Source: Chlorokybus atmophyticus
Taxonomy: Eukaryota; Plantae; Mesostigma and Chlorokybus algae
DNA length: 64,000 nt
Assembly (NCBI GenBank): GCA_009103225.1
Contig: RHPI01003389.1
Span: forward strand, 536,099-600,098
Reading direction: 5' to 3'
Under the pieces are notes generated by a model that was not told the DNA's origin, ran no database searches, and worked only from the letters and a program-made list of their open reading frames with translations. The translations under genes and the position numbers were made by a program. Within the stretch, counting starts at the first letter, position 1. Each line of letters starts with the position of its first letter. This document shows, piece after piece, positions 63,566 to 64,000 of the stretch.

Positions 63566-64000
63566 TGCGTTGTGGTTCTGTACACACGCTGCTTATCATT
63601 CATACTGCAACCTAGACAGACATATTGCCACGTTTACTTACATAATCGACTACTGCGATAGAATGCCATCATTGTGGTACGCAACATGTTTGTGGTTATT
63701 TTCATGCCGCCTTCAATTAGAGTGATAACATCGTCCAATGCACGGACGCCGGCTTGAGTTGGAAATTTTTCCAGCTCTCCACGATGCTTTCGTCTCACAT
63801 AGTTAGTTAGCGGAGGGGGCGTTCCCTCTGGCTCTCTCCAATTCCCTCGACCACTGGTACTGTGCAAGGGATTCTGCTTCCGCCCTCCCCAACCACCACC
63901 AGTCGCTCCTCCCTCGGGAAACGTTTGTTTTCGCCCTCTTCAACCACCTCCCCGACCATCAACGCTTGCACGTGGAGGAGGTACTTCCCCGCCCCCCCCC

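Overview
Intron-rich eukaryotic DNA from a green-plant-lineage organism, most likely a streptophyte alga. This is inferred from a plant-type CesA/CSLD gene, a CYP86-clan P450, a plant-type tRNA-Pro, telo-boxes and short CA/GT-rich introns. Bases ~1-41.5 kb are gene-dense: a dead pogo-like transposase, a CYP86-clan P450, a DnaJ-zinc-finger-only protein, a long coiled-coil protein, tRNA-Pro(UGG), a BRCT+ePHD protein, a CCCH-finger Angel/CCR4-like protein, RPL37, RPS15A, ATP synthase subunit d and an organellar IF3. Bases ~42-64 kb are transposon-derived: a Sola2-like transposase relic, a ParB-like/amino-methyltransferase-like relic, an inverted pair of CACTA-like non-autonomous elements carrying tRNA-like heads, and microsatellites. 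The main finding is at 15375-23217 (+). I hand-spliced 25 exons, all introns GT-AG and phase-compatible, into one ~1470-aa ORF. It joins a complete but catalytically degenerate kinesin motor domain, a NOT4/CSLD-type RING finger, a chromodomain and an intact CSLD/CesA-like glucan synthase. This is a candidate cellulose synthase with its own microtubule-tethering module. All family assignments come from motif recognition by eye; no searches were run.
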